NCBI GenBank assembly: GCA_963772995.1
Contig: CAVYZQ010000005.1
Location: forward strand, 12,409-76,408
Direction: 5' to 3'
Length of the DNA: 64,000 nucleotides
Source of the DNA: an uncultured Chloroflexia bacterium
GTDB lineage: Bacteria; Chloroflexota; Limnocylindria; Limnocylindrales; CSP1-4
A program made the position numbers and the translations under genes. Each line of letters starts with the position of its first letter. Positions within the stretch are counted from its first letter, which is position 1. The notes under the pieces are model-generated. The model was not told the DNA's origin. It made no database searches and worked only from the letters and a program-made list of their open reading frames with translations. Shown here piece by piece: positions 10,959-21,247 of the stretch.

Positions 10959-11168
10959 TCAGCCCGGCTCGGGGCCTGCCAGGGGCCACGTCCGGGTCGT
11001 TCCGTCGGGCGAGGTGAAGGAGCCGTCGGGCTGGAGGCTCCAGTCGTCGTCGGGATCGACGTAGTCGACGGCTTCCCAGCCGTCGGCGCCGAACATCAAC
11101 GTCGAGCCCGCGTCCCCGACCCCCATCTCTTCCTCGACGCCGCGATCGAGGGCGATGCGCTCATCCAT
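10959..11168 (-). CDS. Small acidic hypothetical protein (69 aa)
   Basis: ORF 10959..11168 with AGGAGG about 6 nt upstream of the ATG (reverse complement of 11171-11185). No recognisable family. Confidence 0.5.
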   Translation of the reverse strand: MDERIALDRGVEEEMGVGDAGSTLMFGADGWEAVDYVDPDDDWSLQPDGSFTSPDGTTRTWPLAGPEPG

Positions 11169-11414
11169 GCCACACCTCCTGTCGGCGAAGGCCGTCCGCT
11201 CGAATCGTCCGCTCGGGCGGGGCGGACGGTTCGATGGTAGGCGCTCGCGCCCCCGACAGGAAGTCCATCGCCGGCGGCAAGGGCGACCGGTGGAAGGCGG
11301 CGGGGCCCGGTGTCGACCACCCTGCGGTCCTGGGTTTGGGCGGCGGCCCCTCGCCCCCGGACGAGGGGCCGCGCCCGTGGGATTGCGCGAAGGAATCCTA
11401 GGAGTACGAGTGCG

Positions 11415-13707
11415 TCACGCCGCGGTGTCCCGGCCCGTGGTGGGAACCATCTCCGCCTCACCCGGACCACCGCGCATCGGCGCGCCGGCGCCGTCCTCCT
11501 CGTATCGGGGCAGTCGCGCCGGGGGCATCTCCTCGTCGACGTAGGGCGCGAGGGTGAACCCGAACTCTGCGCCGCCTTCAGGGCGTGTCCGGCACCAGAT
11601 CTTCCCGCCCATCGCCGAAACGAGCTGGCGGCAGACGAAGAGCCCGATCCCGGCACCCGCAACCGCCGTCCGCTGCGTCGAGCGGTAGTAGAGCCCGAAC
11701 AGCTGGTCGGCCTCCTCCGGCGGGAAGCCCGGACCGTCGTCACGGACAGCCACCGTCACCCATGGATCGTCGTAGCTGACATCGACGACGACATTCGCCT
11801 CGTCGCCGGCGTACTTGGCCGCGTTGGCCAGCAGGTTTCGCATGATCTGGGCGAGGTGATCCTCGTCGGCGGACACGACCGGGATCGGGCCGTCGATCTC
11901 GAGCCCGATCGTCGCCGACGGCCAGAGCCCGCGTTCCCGGGCGATGACCTCGCGCAGGACGCGGTCGACCAGGACGGGTCGCAGTCCGAAGAAATCGGCA
12001 CCACGCTCGACACGCGCCAGGATCAGAAGGTTCTCGATCATCCGCTGGAGCCGCTCGGATTCGGCGGCCAGCCCGGTGAGGAGCTCCGTGCGAGTCTCGT
12101 CGTCGAGCTGCATGGCTCGCCTGGCGAGGACCTGGGCGCCACCGTAGATGGAGGTGATGGGCGTCCGCAGCTCGTGCGACAGGATCCCGATGAAGCGGTC
12201 ACGGATCTCGTCGGCTTCATGTCGCCATGTGACGTCGGAGATGAGGGCAAGCCGGCTTGGCCGGCCCTCGAGCTCGAAGCTCTTGAGCGCTACCTCGGCT
12301 GGGAAGGTCGTGCCATCGGCTCGGTGGGCGGTGGTCTCGATGCGGCGCACCTCGTCGTCGTCGGAAAGCGGTTCCAGACTGTAGGTACCGGCGAGGTCGA
12401 CGAGCTCGCCGAGGGATCGGCCCACGAGGTCGTTCACGTGATGACCGAACAGCTCGGCAGTCGAGTCCGTGCTCCAGCTGATCCGGCCGTCTTCGTCGGT
12501 GGCGAGGACCGCGTACGGATGCGCCTCGAGGAGCGCGCGAAAGCGTGCCTCGCTGGCCCGAACCGCGGCCGACTGCTGGAGGTCCACGAGCGAAGCCCGC
12601 AGACGCTTGACCGCCCGTTCGTGGGCCACGGAGCGCACCGTCAGGGAGCCGAGCAGGGTCAGAACGGCCACATCGTCCTCGACGAACAGTGGCCGCCCGT
12701 CGAGGTAGGCGTGGAGGACGGCGGATTCGCCGTCGGCCTCGAACGGGATCGCCACGACGGTCCGTCCCCCCGACGACCACGCCTCGTCGTCGATCTCGGG
12801 GGCCGGGGAAGGTTCCCCGAGGCCATCCTGTCGCGCATCGACTGGACGCCCGTCCTGGTCGCGGATCACGACCGTGCGGGCACCGAGGATGGTCTGGGCC
12901 GCGACCTCGAGCCGGTTCCACAGTGCCGCCGCGGGCTCTGCGCCGACACCGGCCGTCACGACCGATCGGGTCAGGTCGAATGCCACGGCACGGTGAACGA
13001 GGCCGGTGAGCCAGCGCGGCGGAAGGAAGGCCGCGAGATACCCGAGGCCCGCCAACAGGGCGAGCACACGACTCATGAGCGTGACGGTGGTGCTTGCCGT
13101 TCCGCCGGAGGAGGCCGCGCCGAGTCCCGCGATGACGATGGTGAGCCCGAACATGGCCGTCCCGATGGCGGCGAGCAGGAGCCGGACGCGCGGCAGGCCG
13201 AGTCGACGCCGCGCAAGTCGCACCATCTGCGCCGCCGCAAGCGCCTCGGCGATCCCGAAGTAAAGGACGAGAAGCAGGATGGCCGGCACGCTCCGGGAAT
13301 CCGAGGATCAGGAACGCTGCCAGCGACGCGACGAAGCCGATGAGCGCTGCCGCGCGCGCCTGCCACGCGACAGGCGAGATGAGATTCATGAGCCGGACGA
13401 TCAGGTAGGGCTGGGCGATGAGCGCCGTCAACGCCAGCGGGCGCAGGATCGCCGCGGCATCGGGCCCGACGAACTGGTTGACGATGGAGATCGTGAAGAG
13501 GGCAACGGTCGTCGAGAAGACGAGGACGACCGCGAGCTCGAGCGGGGTCGGTTTCTGGAGGTATCGCCAGAGTGCGGCCGCGAAAAGGACATAGAACGCC
13601 CCCTGGATGAGCAGCGTCAGGGGGTCCAAGGGCGCGCAAAGCCTCCGTGTCGGGGTCTGACGGCGAATATCGTCCGTCCGCGGCACGGCGGGGCATAACA
13701 GGTTCAT
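11415..13707 (-). pseudogene. Membrane sensor histidine kinase (polytopic N-terminus, PAS, HisKA, HATPase), one frame hop
   Basis: The N-terminal TM region from ORF 12217..13707 (…LIQGAFYVLFAAALW…FLILGFPE) joins ORF 11415..13289 after a 1-nt hop near 13290. H-box SHELRTPITSIYGGAQ, N-box NLLANAAKY, G-boxes VRDDGPGF and GAGIGLFVCRQLV. The exact start is uncertain. Confidence 0.8.
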
Positions 13708-13875
13708 TGCATTCAGGGAACCGGCGCCCCACTGGGTATTACAGTCGATCGCGGTGTTGCCTCAGCGCGCCGCCATGGCCCCCGATCGCGTCGCCGGCAT
13801 CCGCCGGGCGTGTCGTTGAAGGGCCATGGTCCGGTCAGGACGAGGCTCCGTCCGCGAACGGCTGGAACAGGTCCG

Positions 13876-14946
13876 TCACGAGCGCGGCTTGAGGATCGTC
13901 CGGAAGCGACCTCCGTGGAACTCGGTGTGAGAGTCGAATTCCATGAGCGAGCCGTCGTCGCGGGGCATCCGAAAGCGCGAGTCGACGACCCCGGCTCGGC
14001 GGATGATCGGAAGGAACTCGGCCACTCGGCCGGTACCGCCGGGCGTGACGAACTCCTGCCAGTGATGACCGACCAGCGGGCTGCCCAGGAGCCGCTTCGC
14101 CGCTTCGTTGGCGTCCGTGATCAGGGCGTCCCCGTCGTAGGTGACCGTGGGCAGCGCTTCGTCGAGCCACCAGCCCTCTGCCGACGGATCGACCCCCTCC
14201 GCATCGCGGTGGACCACCCAGCGCGGGCCGTCGAACTCGACGCGAGCGTGCGGATACAGACGACGGATCCGTAGAGCGAGGCCCTCCACCGTCGGTGCCG
14301 GCAAGGCGTGAAGGACCATCCGGACGTAGGCCGCGAAGCCGGCATCCGTCGCCGGCAGGCAGACGACCTGGGACGGCGGCGGGGCGAGCCCGGACCCGAT
14401 GCCGGGATCCTCGGCCAGGCGCAGGACGCAGGTCATCCTGCCATCGGCTCGAGCGGCGTGGACCTCACACGCGATGGTCTCGCTGCCGGCGGGCCGGACG
14501 AGCACCGTGGCCGTCAGGTCGTTTCCGTCGAGCACGACGCGGAGGAGCTCCGCCGCTTCGTCGACGGCACCGGGTGCCACGAGATCCGTAAAGCTCTGAG
14601 GGGATGATGGCGACGCCGACAATCCGAGGAGGCTCCGCGCCCCCGCGTTCGCCGTGGAGATCGATCCGTCGGGCTCCACGACGATCTTCGGAAGCTTGGG
14701 CGCCTCCCACCACCTGCTGACGTCCGACGGTGTCCACCGACCGTCTCGATAGACGTACCAGATCGGGTGCTCGCCCGACAGCTCGCGAACGCGGACCGTG
14801 ACCTTCGGAAAGAGCACGGACAACTGGGCTTGGAGCACGAGCGGCCGCGTGGCCTGCCGGCGCCCGACGAGTCGATTGACATGCTCACGGAACCCGGCGT
14901 CATCCGACGGGATGGTCTGGACGATGGGCCGTGGTGCGGCACTCAA
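13876..14946 (-). CDS. Hypothetical protein with an internally duplicated (unknown ~70-aa domain + PAS-like domain) architecture
   Basis: ORF 13876..14946, intact. Residues ~10-75 and ~190-255 share PxxDAGF...L(F/Y)P...V...W(Y/V)V(Y/H)RD. Each is followed by a PAS-like segment (…ISTANAGARSLLG… and …ITDANEAAKRLLG…). Confidence 0.7.
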   Translation of the reverse strand: MSAAPRPIVQTIPSDDAGFREHVNRLVGRRQATRPLVLQAQLSVLFPKVTVRVRELSGEHPIWYVYRDGRWTPSDVSRWWEAPKLPKIVVEPDGSISTANAGARSLLGLSASPSSPQSFTDLVAPGAVDEAAELLRVVLDGNDLTATVLVRPAGSETIACEVHAARADGRMTCVLRLAEDPGIGSGLAPPPSQVVCLPATDAGFAAYVRMVLHALPAPTVEGLALRIRRLYPHARVEFDGPRWVVHRDAEGVDPSAEGWWLDEALPTVTYDGDALITDANEAAKRLLGSPLVGHHWQEFVTPGGTGRVAEFLPIIRRAGVVDSRFRMPRDDGSLMEFDSHTEFHGGRFRTILKPRS

Positions 14947-15442
14947 GGCGGCAGCCCAGCCGGCAAGTCGGCCGGTGCCACGTCAGGGACTACGAGCACT
15001 ACGAGCACTCTCGATGTGCGCCCCACGCGAACGTCGAGGCGCGCTCGGCGTGACACCTACGTCGGCTGCCGACACGCCGCCGCAGGTGCCGAGGGCGGCC
15101 GGGACGGGTCGGTGGAGCGCGCAGGAGTCGATACGACGCGGCGATCCCTGGCCGGAACGAAGGTGTCGGGCAGGCGGATGCGCCCGAGCGATCGCCTCGC
15201 CGGGCTGGCGGGCCAGAGGAGTCGCTCGCTCGGTCATGGGCACCTCATGACGAACGCGCACCCGAGACCGCGACGGACGGGATCCGATGGACGTCGTGAG
15301 GGCATGTTCGCGGTCGGCCGCTCGCACAGGGCTCGCCAGCCGGACCGCCTGATGATTGCAGCCGCGTTACGGCCTCGACCGCGCCGGGCCGGCGCCGGGC
15401 GCCCTCACGCACCGGCGTCGCGACCCGGTGGGTTATGACCGG

Positions 15443-15739
15443 TTACGCCGAGGTGGCGTCGGCACTCCGGCCCGGCAGGATGCTGCCGTCACGATAGACA
15501 TACCAAGTTGGATCCTGGCTTCCCCACTGGTCGGCAAGCGGCTCTCGGACGGAGATGGCGATGCGCGGATACCACGTCCGCAGCTGTTCGATGACCTGCC
15601 CGGGCGTGACCGGGAGGCCCAGCCGCGTGAGTTCCTCGACGGCGCTCCTGACACGGTCGGGCACCGTGTCATCGCCGTCCGGATAGCAGATGAGACGCAG
15701 GGCGAAAGCGGGGCGTCTGGCGGCGTGGTCGCCGATCAC
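15443..15739 (-). CDS. Small hypothetical protein, stand-alone copy of the N-terminal domain of the 13876-14946 protein
   Basis: ORF 15443..15739. ICYPDGDDTVPDRVRSAVEEL...LRTWYPRIAISVRE...DPTWYVYRDGS aligns with both repeats of the neighbouring 356-aa protein. Confidence 0.6.
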   Translation of the reverse strand: MIGDHAARRPAFALRLICYPDGDDTVPDRVRSAVEELTRLGLPVTPGQVIEQLRTWYPRIAISVREPLADQWGSQDPTWYVYRDGSILPGRSADATSA

Positions 15740-15969
15740 GTGAGCATGTTCGGGCTGGTGCCCTCCGACGGTCTTCCGAGCCCGGCGATGCTAGCGCAGC
15801 GGATGCTCCCGGTCGGTACCGTAGGGGACGATCGACGTCGCGTCCGTCGACGTAAGCGAATCGTCGGCGTCGGGAAGCATTGACGTCGCATTCGATCGGG
15901 CGCACCCTGCCGGACGTCGCGGCGGGGCCGCGTCCGAGAAGTGGATGCGCCACCCCAGGAGGAGAGCGG

Positions 15970-16683
15970 ATGGGATCGCCGGATCCGCGGGCCAATCGGC
16001 TGCTGGCGCTCCTGGACGAGGACACGTTCGCTCGGCTCGAGCCGGCCCTCGAGATCGCGCCTCTCGAGGCACGGCAGATCCTCATGCGCCCCGATGCGCC
16101 GCTCAGCCGGGGCTACTTTCCCCTGGATGGCGCTGTGTCGATCATCGCATTCGACGCATCGGGTGCCGGCGTCGAGGTCGGGTCCGTCGGGCATGAGGGA
16201 CTGCTCGGCCTGCCGATCATCCTCGACACCGTCAGCATGCCTCTGCAGGCGATCGTGCAGCTGCCGGGCTCGGCGGCATCGCTTTCGGGAGATGTCCTGC
16301 GTGCCGAACACGAGCGCGGCGAAACATTCCACTGGATCGTCGATCGATACGTCGCCGCACTGCTCTTCCAGACGAGCCAGAGCGTGGCCTGCAACCGGCT
16401 CCACGACCTTCAGCAGCGGACCGCACGATGGTTGCTGACCATGGTCGATCGCTATGGCAGCGACGAGATGCCGCTCACCCATGACTTCCTGGCGATGATG
16501 CTCGGCACGTCCCGCCCGAAGGTGTCGGCCTCGCTCGGTGCGCTGGCGCGGCAGGGCGTCATCCGCAACGAGCGGGGCTCGGTCTGTGTCCTCGACAGGG
16601 GCGGGATCGAGGTCGCGACGTGTGAGTGCTACGGCCTCATCCGCGCCGAATTCGAGCGGCTTCTCGGGACCCCTGTCGGCTAG
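15970..16683 (+). CDS. Crp/Fnr family transcriptional regulator
   Basis: ATG 15970 inside ORF 15880..16683, preceded by AGGAGGAG. N-terminal cNMP-binding-like barrel and C-terminal HTH (LTHDFLAMMLGTSRPKVSASLGALARQGVI). Confidence 0.85.
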   Translation: MGSPDPRANRLLALLDEDTFARLEPALEIAPLEARQILMRPDAPLSRGYFPLDGAVSIIAFDASGAGVEVGSVGHEGLLGLPIILDTVSMPLQAIVQLPGSAASLSGDVLRAEHERGETFHWIVDRYVAALLFQTSQSVACNRLHDLQQRTARWLLTMVDRYGSDEMPLTHDFLAMMLGTSRPKVSASLGALARQGVIRNERGSVCVLDRGGIEVATCECYGLIRAEFERLLGTPVG

Positions 16684-16741
16684 GGAGCGACGACCGAAGT
16701 TGGCGCCGGCCGAGCCCGGTCACGATCCGGCTGATGATCGG

Positions 16742-17501
16742 CTATCCGATCATCGCAGAGCGCTCGTCCTTGACCATCTGCTGCTCGATGGGGGCGGCGG
16801 CAGGCGGCTCCACGTCGAGCAGATAGCCGATGCCCTGGAAGGTCTTGATCCGGCCGGGCTCTCCGGGCTCGGCGCCGAGCTTGCGACGGACGCGCGAGAC
16901 CCAGACCCGCAGGTACTGGAGGTCGTCTCGATACTCCGGCCCCCAGACCTTCGTCAGGAGCTCGCGTGTGGAGGACGACCTTGCCGGCGTTGGCCGCCAG
17001 GTGCTGGAGCAGCAGCCACTCAGTCCGGGAAAGCTGCACCAGCTCGCCATTGCGGGTGACCATCCGCCGCTCGAGATCGATCTCGACGTCGTCGAAGGCC
17101 AGGATCCCGGCACCGGGCTGCGCGCCAGATGAGCGTCGCAGGACGGCGCGGACACGCGCCGCAAGCTCGTCCGGATGGAACGGCTTGGCGATGTAGTCAT
17201 CCGCTCCGAGGTCGAGGCCCTTCGCCTTGTCGGCTGTCGAGCCCTTTGCCGTCAGAAGGATCACCGCGACCGGGCGGCGCTCCCGCAGCTGACGCATGAC
17301 CTCGATGCCGTCGAGGTCCGGCATCACGATGTCGAGGAGGACGATGTCCGGGCGGACATCCTCGGCCTTCTGGAGCGCCTCTTCGCCGCTGTTGGCGGTG
17401 ACGACGCGGAAACCCTCTTCGCCGAGGGCGATCGAGACCAGCTTGGTGATGCGAGGCTCGTCGTCCGCAACGAGCACGAGTGGCTGGGTACTCACCGGCA
17501 C
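16742..17501 (-). pseudogene. OmpR/KdpE-type response regulator, one frame hop
   Basis: Receiver domain in ORF 16680..17501 (LVADDE, DIVLLDIVMPDLDG, ILLTAKG, ADDYIAKPF). The winged helix continues in ORF 16742..17200 (ELLTKVWGPEYRDDLQYLRVWVSRVRRKLG) after a hop near 16970. Confidence 0.85.
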
Positions 17502-17795
17502 CTCCTGGGATTGGTGTCATGGTGACGAATGCGTGTGAACGGCGTTCGCGACCAGGCGATCTCTGCGATGGGTTCGGTCGCCAGCATGGCCGAGGGCTCC
17601 GTGCCGCCGAGGGTGCCCGAGCGTTTATACATGTTGCAACGGCATTACAGCGCGGCGGCTTGGCGTAACGGTCCACGGGGCGGCGCACGCTCGCAATGTC
17701 CTCGAAAGGCAGGCCCGTCGTGCGTTGGGGCCGCTGTCGCAGGCGCGCGGCGACGATGGTCAGCGACCCCCGGAACCACGCTCGGAGGATCTCTC

Positions 17796-17989
17796 ATGTG
17801 CCTGAACTGCGGCTGCGGTGACCCGAAACTCGTCACAAGGACAGCGACATCGTCCAGCAGGACATCCAGAAGGCCGCTGACGGCCAGGGCATGTCGAAGG
17901 ACGAGACGATCCAGAACATCGAATCCTCCCTTCAGAAGATGCGGTCGCAGGCAGGCAGCACGACCGGCGCCGGGACCAGCGGCTACTGA
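17796..17989 (+). pseudogene. Small protein with N-terminal MCLNCGCG cysteine motif, one frame hop
   Basis: ATG 17796 with GGAGGA 5-11 nt upstream gives MCLNCGCGDPKLV. After a hop near 17830 it continues HKDSDIVQQDIQKAADGQGMSKDETIQNIESSLQKMRSQAGSTTGAGTSGY, with stop 17987-17989. A strong hairpin follows. Confidence 0.55.
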
Positions 17990-18016
17990 CCCGACCTTTC
18001 TGATCTCCTCCTCACG

Positions 18017-18050
18017 CGAAGCCGCCGGGCGCGCAGGCCCGGCGGCTTCG
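18017..18050 (+). terminator. Stem-loop, probable intrinsic terminator of the small Cys-motif gene
   Basis: CGAAGCCGCCGGGC / loop GCGCAG / GCCCGGCGGCTTCG: a perfect 14-bp stem, 28 nt after the stop codon. Only a weak T tract follows (ACGTGTTCGG). Confidence 0.55.
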
Positions 18051-18235
18051 ACGTGTTCGGCGTGGGATGTGGACGAGGTGAGCCCATGCGGTCCGGTCCC
18101 GCGCCTGCGGACCATCAGCCCGGCCCCGCACGGCCTGATATCGACCACGAGCCTCCCCAGCTCGGCGGATCGCGCACGGCCCGGATCCCGACCGCGAGGC
18201 GCCCCAGCTCGGCCGGCCCCGCGTCAACAAATGGC

Positions 18236-18768
18236 AATCCTGGACGAAACGACGACCGGGCCGGCCGGCGGTGCCCGTACCCTGCTCCGCGGCTTGTGGC
18301 TGCCAGTCAGCACCGGGCCCTCGAAGCCCGCGCGAAGCCCGCGCGAACCCGTGTCTGGCGTCCGGATGGTGCGTGGCAGGCACAGATCCCGTCGGTGGAG
18401 CCCGCCGTGGCGAGGTCCTCGTGCGTTGGACGCTTCCGTGCTGACTGCCAACCACCATCGTGGGTCGCGTCCAGCGTGGGCTCGCGTCCATCCCACGGTC
18501 GTGGGGCTGTCACGCTCAGGGTCGCGCGTCTTCGTCGCCGGCACGCCCGTCGCCCCGCTTGCTCGTCGACCAGGCGGTCGACGGCGGAGGTCGGCACGCC
18601 CCGGATCACGTCCCGGTCGGCGGATCTGGTGTCCGGCCGTCGACGGCGGAGGTCCGCATCGCGTCCCTGCCGTTCGACGGCGTCACGTGGCGGTCAGACC
18701 GCCGCGGCGACCCTCGCTCGCGACCGGCCGCGAAGGCGGCCAGGTTGGCCTTCGGTCGAAGTCCAGCT
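18236..18768 (+). repeat. Copy A of a ~0.5-kb inverted repeat (non-coding element plus frame-broken stub of an OFOR gamma-subunit gene end)
   Basis: Hand alignment with the reverse complement of 25775-26292 gives about 22-25 differences over ~520 nt. The right end (18715-18768, minus strand) encodes [10 protein letters not shown] followed by a 4-nt deletion relative to copy B. Confidence 0.9.
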
Positions 18769-19450
18769 TGTACGTCGGCAAGACGATGCGAGGCGTCCCT
18801 CGGCTAGATCTGGACCGCCGGCACCGGCGCCTTCGCCTGGTCGCGCAGGGAGGCGCCGGAAGCGGACTCGGGGGCGCCACAGATCCAGGTCCCAGATACG
18901 GCGACGGACGGTCCGGGAGGGGGACCGGACCGTCCGTGCTGCGGGCCACCGTCACGAGTCGCCCTGGAGATATTGCGATGTCTGGAGGCCCCGGCGGGTC
19001 CTCGTGTCTCTCTGTTGCGTGCATACCGTACGGGCGGCCGGCATGCAACGCTTGATTGCCTCTGGCCGGATGGACATTGCAGCGGCATAACAATCCGGAT
19101 CGATAGGGCCCGGCCCCGGTGCCTTCGGCTCATCCCGTATCCACGCTCGACCGTCCGGCCCATCCCCTCGGCGACGCACGCTCGATGTTCATCTCGGGGA
19201 CTTCCACGGCCATACCGGAGACGCGCTGAACGCTGACGTCGCCGGTGTTGCGAGCAAAGCACATGGGGTGAGCGATCCGGGTCGGTCAAGCTCGTCCAGG
19301 ATCGTCGAAGCCGGTCGGATCCGCTGTCCGGCCGACCTCCGGCCCTAGCCGCGCCGAAGACCCTCAGATGAACATGTAGCGGTCACGCCAACGGTCAAGT
19401 GACCCCGAACAAGAGAATCCGCACCTGCACGCGGCCCCGAGACCTGCCCT

Positions 19451-21091
19451 TCAGTCCGACTCCGCTCCGGAGGCCCGCCCCGCGACCGCCGGCGCCGGCG
19501 GCTCCGCGCCGATCGTCTCGTCGTCGGGGAGGACCCGGAGCGTGAACCCGAATTCGGCGCCACCCTCGGGCCGGGATCGCGCCCAGATCGTTCCGCCCAT
19601 GGCCTCGACGAGGCTGGCGCAGACGAACAGCCCGATCCCGGAACCCGCGACGGAGCGCGCGCGATCCGGACTGCGGAAGAACAGCTCGAAGGCGTGCTCG
19701 GCAGTGGCTGGGTCGATGCCCGGCCCCGAGTCGAGGACGCGCACCACGACGGTACCGTCCTCCTGCTCGGCCCGGACGATCGACCTCTGTGCCTGGAGGC
19801 GTGTATTTCGCGGCGTTCGACAGCATGTTCCGGACGATCTGTTCGACGTAGGTCTCCTCGCCCGCGACGACCGGCAGATCGCGCGCGACCTCGGTCCTGA
19901 TCACCAGGCCGGGCAGCCTCGCCTGCTCGCGCGTCGGCGACGCGCGCAAGGATGCGGCGCGAGCTGAAGCGGTTCGGCCTCGACCGCGAACTGGCCGCGC
20001 TCCGCGCGTGTCAGCACCAGGAGGTCCTCGACGAGGCGGAACAATCGCTCGGATTCGACCGCGATGTCGTCGATCAGACCCGCCCGTTCACGAGCGTCGT
20101 CGATCCGTCCCGGGCGAGCGAGGATCCGGGTCAGACCGAAGATGGTCGTGATCGGTGTCCGAAGCTCGTGCGAGATGACGTCGATGAATGCCTCGCGGAA
20201 GGCCCCGGCGCGGCGTTCGTCGGCGAGGAGCCGGTCGCGATCGGCCTCCAGCCTGCGCCGCCCGGTGATGTCCGTGCCGGTGCCGATCACGCGGGTCGGC
20301 CGCCCGTCGGCGTCTCGGAAGACTCGGCCAACGCCGTGGGTCCAGTGGACCGAACCGTCGGGCCACAGGATGCGGAACTCCAGGCTGAAGTCCTCGCGTG
20401 ATGCGACGGTCTCGTCGATCGTCCGGCGGAACATCTTCGCGATCGTCGGGATGGATCGTCTGGATGTAGCGCTCGAACGAGGGGGCCTCCTCCGTCCCGT
20501 CGAGCCCATGCTGGCGGAAGATCGTGTCCGACCAGGTGAGCTCTCCCGATCGCACGTCCCATTCCCAGAAGCCGGTGCCGGACGGTGGCGAGGACGAGCT
20601 CGAGGCGCTCGTCGCGGCGCTCGATCGCCGCCGCCATGGCCCCCAGTTCCACCAGCGACGCCGAGAGCCGGTCCCTCGACATCTGGAGCGAGGCGAGAAG
20701 CCAGGTCACGATGAGGCCGCCGAAGATGAACAGGATCGTTCGACCCGCATCGAGCGCGCTCAACGGTGCGGGCCCCGGGACGCCGACGAAGACCACGAGG
20801 TTGAGGACGGCCGCGACCAGGATCGCCGCCAGCCCACCGCGGAGGCCGGCGAGCCAGGCACCTGCCAATGCGGCCGACGATCAGGACGATGAAACCGGTG
20901 TCGCCGCCGAGGATCGCGTTGAGACCGGCCTTCAGGACGATCGCCCCGAGGCCGACCAGGGCACCGATCGCGATGTCCCGTGCCGCGGCCGCGCGGCCTC
21001 CGGCGACGACGGGCGCGCTCTGCTGATCCGGCGGGAGGGCATCCCGCTGGGCGCGCATGAGCGTGCGACCTTCGTTGCTGTCTGACGTCAA
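19451..21091 (-). pseudogene. Sensor histidine kinase (KdpD-C-terminal-like membrane domain, PAS, HisKA, HATPase), at least 4 frame hops
   Basis: Pieces from ORFs 19901..21091, 20287..20868, 20088..20555, 19395..19949 and 19451..19747. Membrane domain IAIGALVGLGAIVLKAG…LAAILVAAVLNLVVF; PAS …SVHWTHGVGRVFRDADGRPTRVIGTGTDIT; H-box SHELRTPITTIFGL; NMLSNAAKYT; VLDSGPGI; GSGIGLFVCASLV. Confidence 0.8.
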
Positions 21092-21247
21092 TCCGATCCT
21101 CCGGTGTGCGGCATGGATACCACACGAGGCTGCAACGGTGATGAAATGTCGTCTGCGACGGGAGGCGATGTCGACCCGCCCCGTTCGCGTTTACCGTGGG
21201 ACACTGGTCGGCCGGCCCGGTCGCGGTCGCCGTTTTCGAGGTGCCTG

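Noticed and set aside
14983-15327. 114-aa minus-strand ORF in the gap between the PAS protein and its small paralog
   Set aside because: It is Arg/Ser/Pro-rich with no motif, and no RBS precedes either Met. It is left as intergenic.
18300-18325. B12-box-like string AGTCAGCACCGGGCC inside the inverted repeat, as a possible cobalamin riboswitch
   Set aside because: The rest of the cobalamin aptamer core, as I remember it (GGGAA…GGTG..AATCC…GCCACTG-type elements), is absent on either strand. The element also sits downstream of genes rather than in a 5' leader.
19130-19262. 44-codon minus-strand ORF MCFARNTGDVSVQRVSGMAVEVPEMNIERASPRGWAGRSSVDTG in the gene-free gap
   Set aside because: It has no RBS, I recognise no family, and it is preceded immediately by an in-frame stop. 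This is not enough to call a gene.
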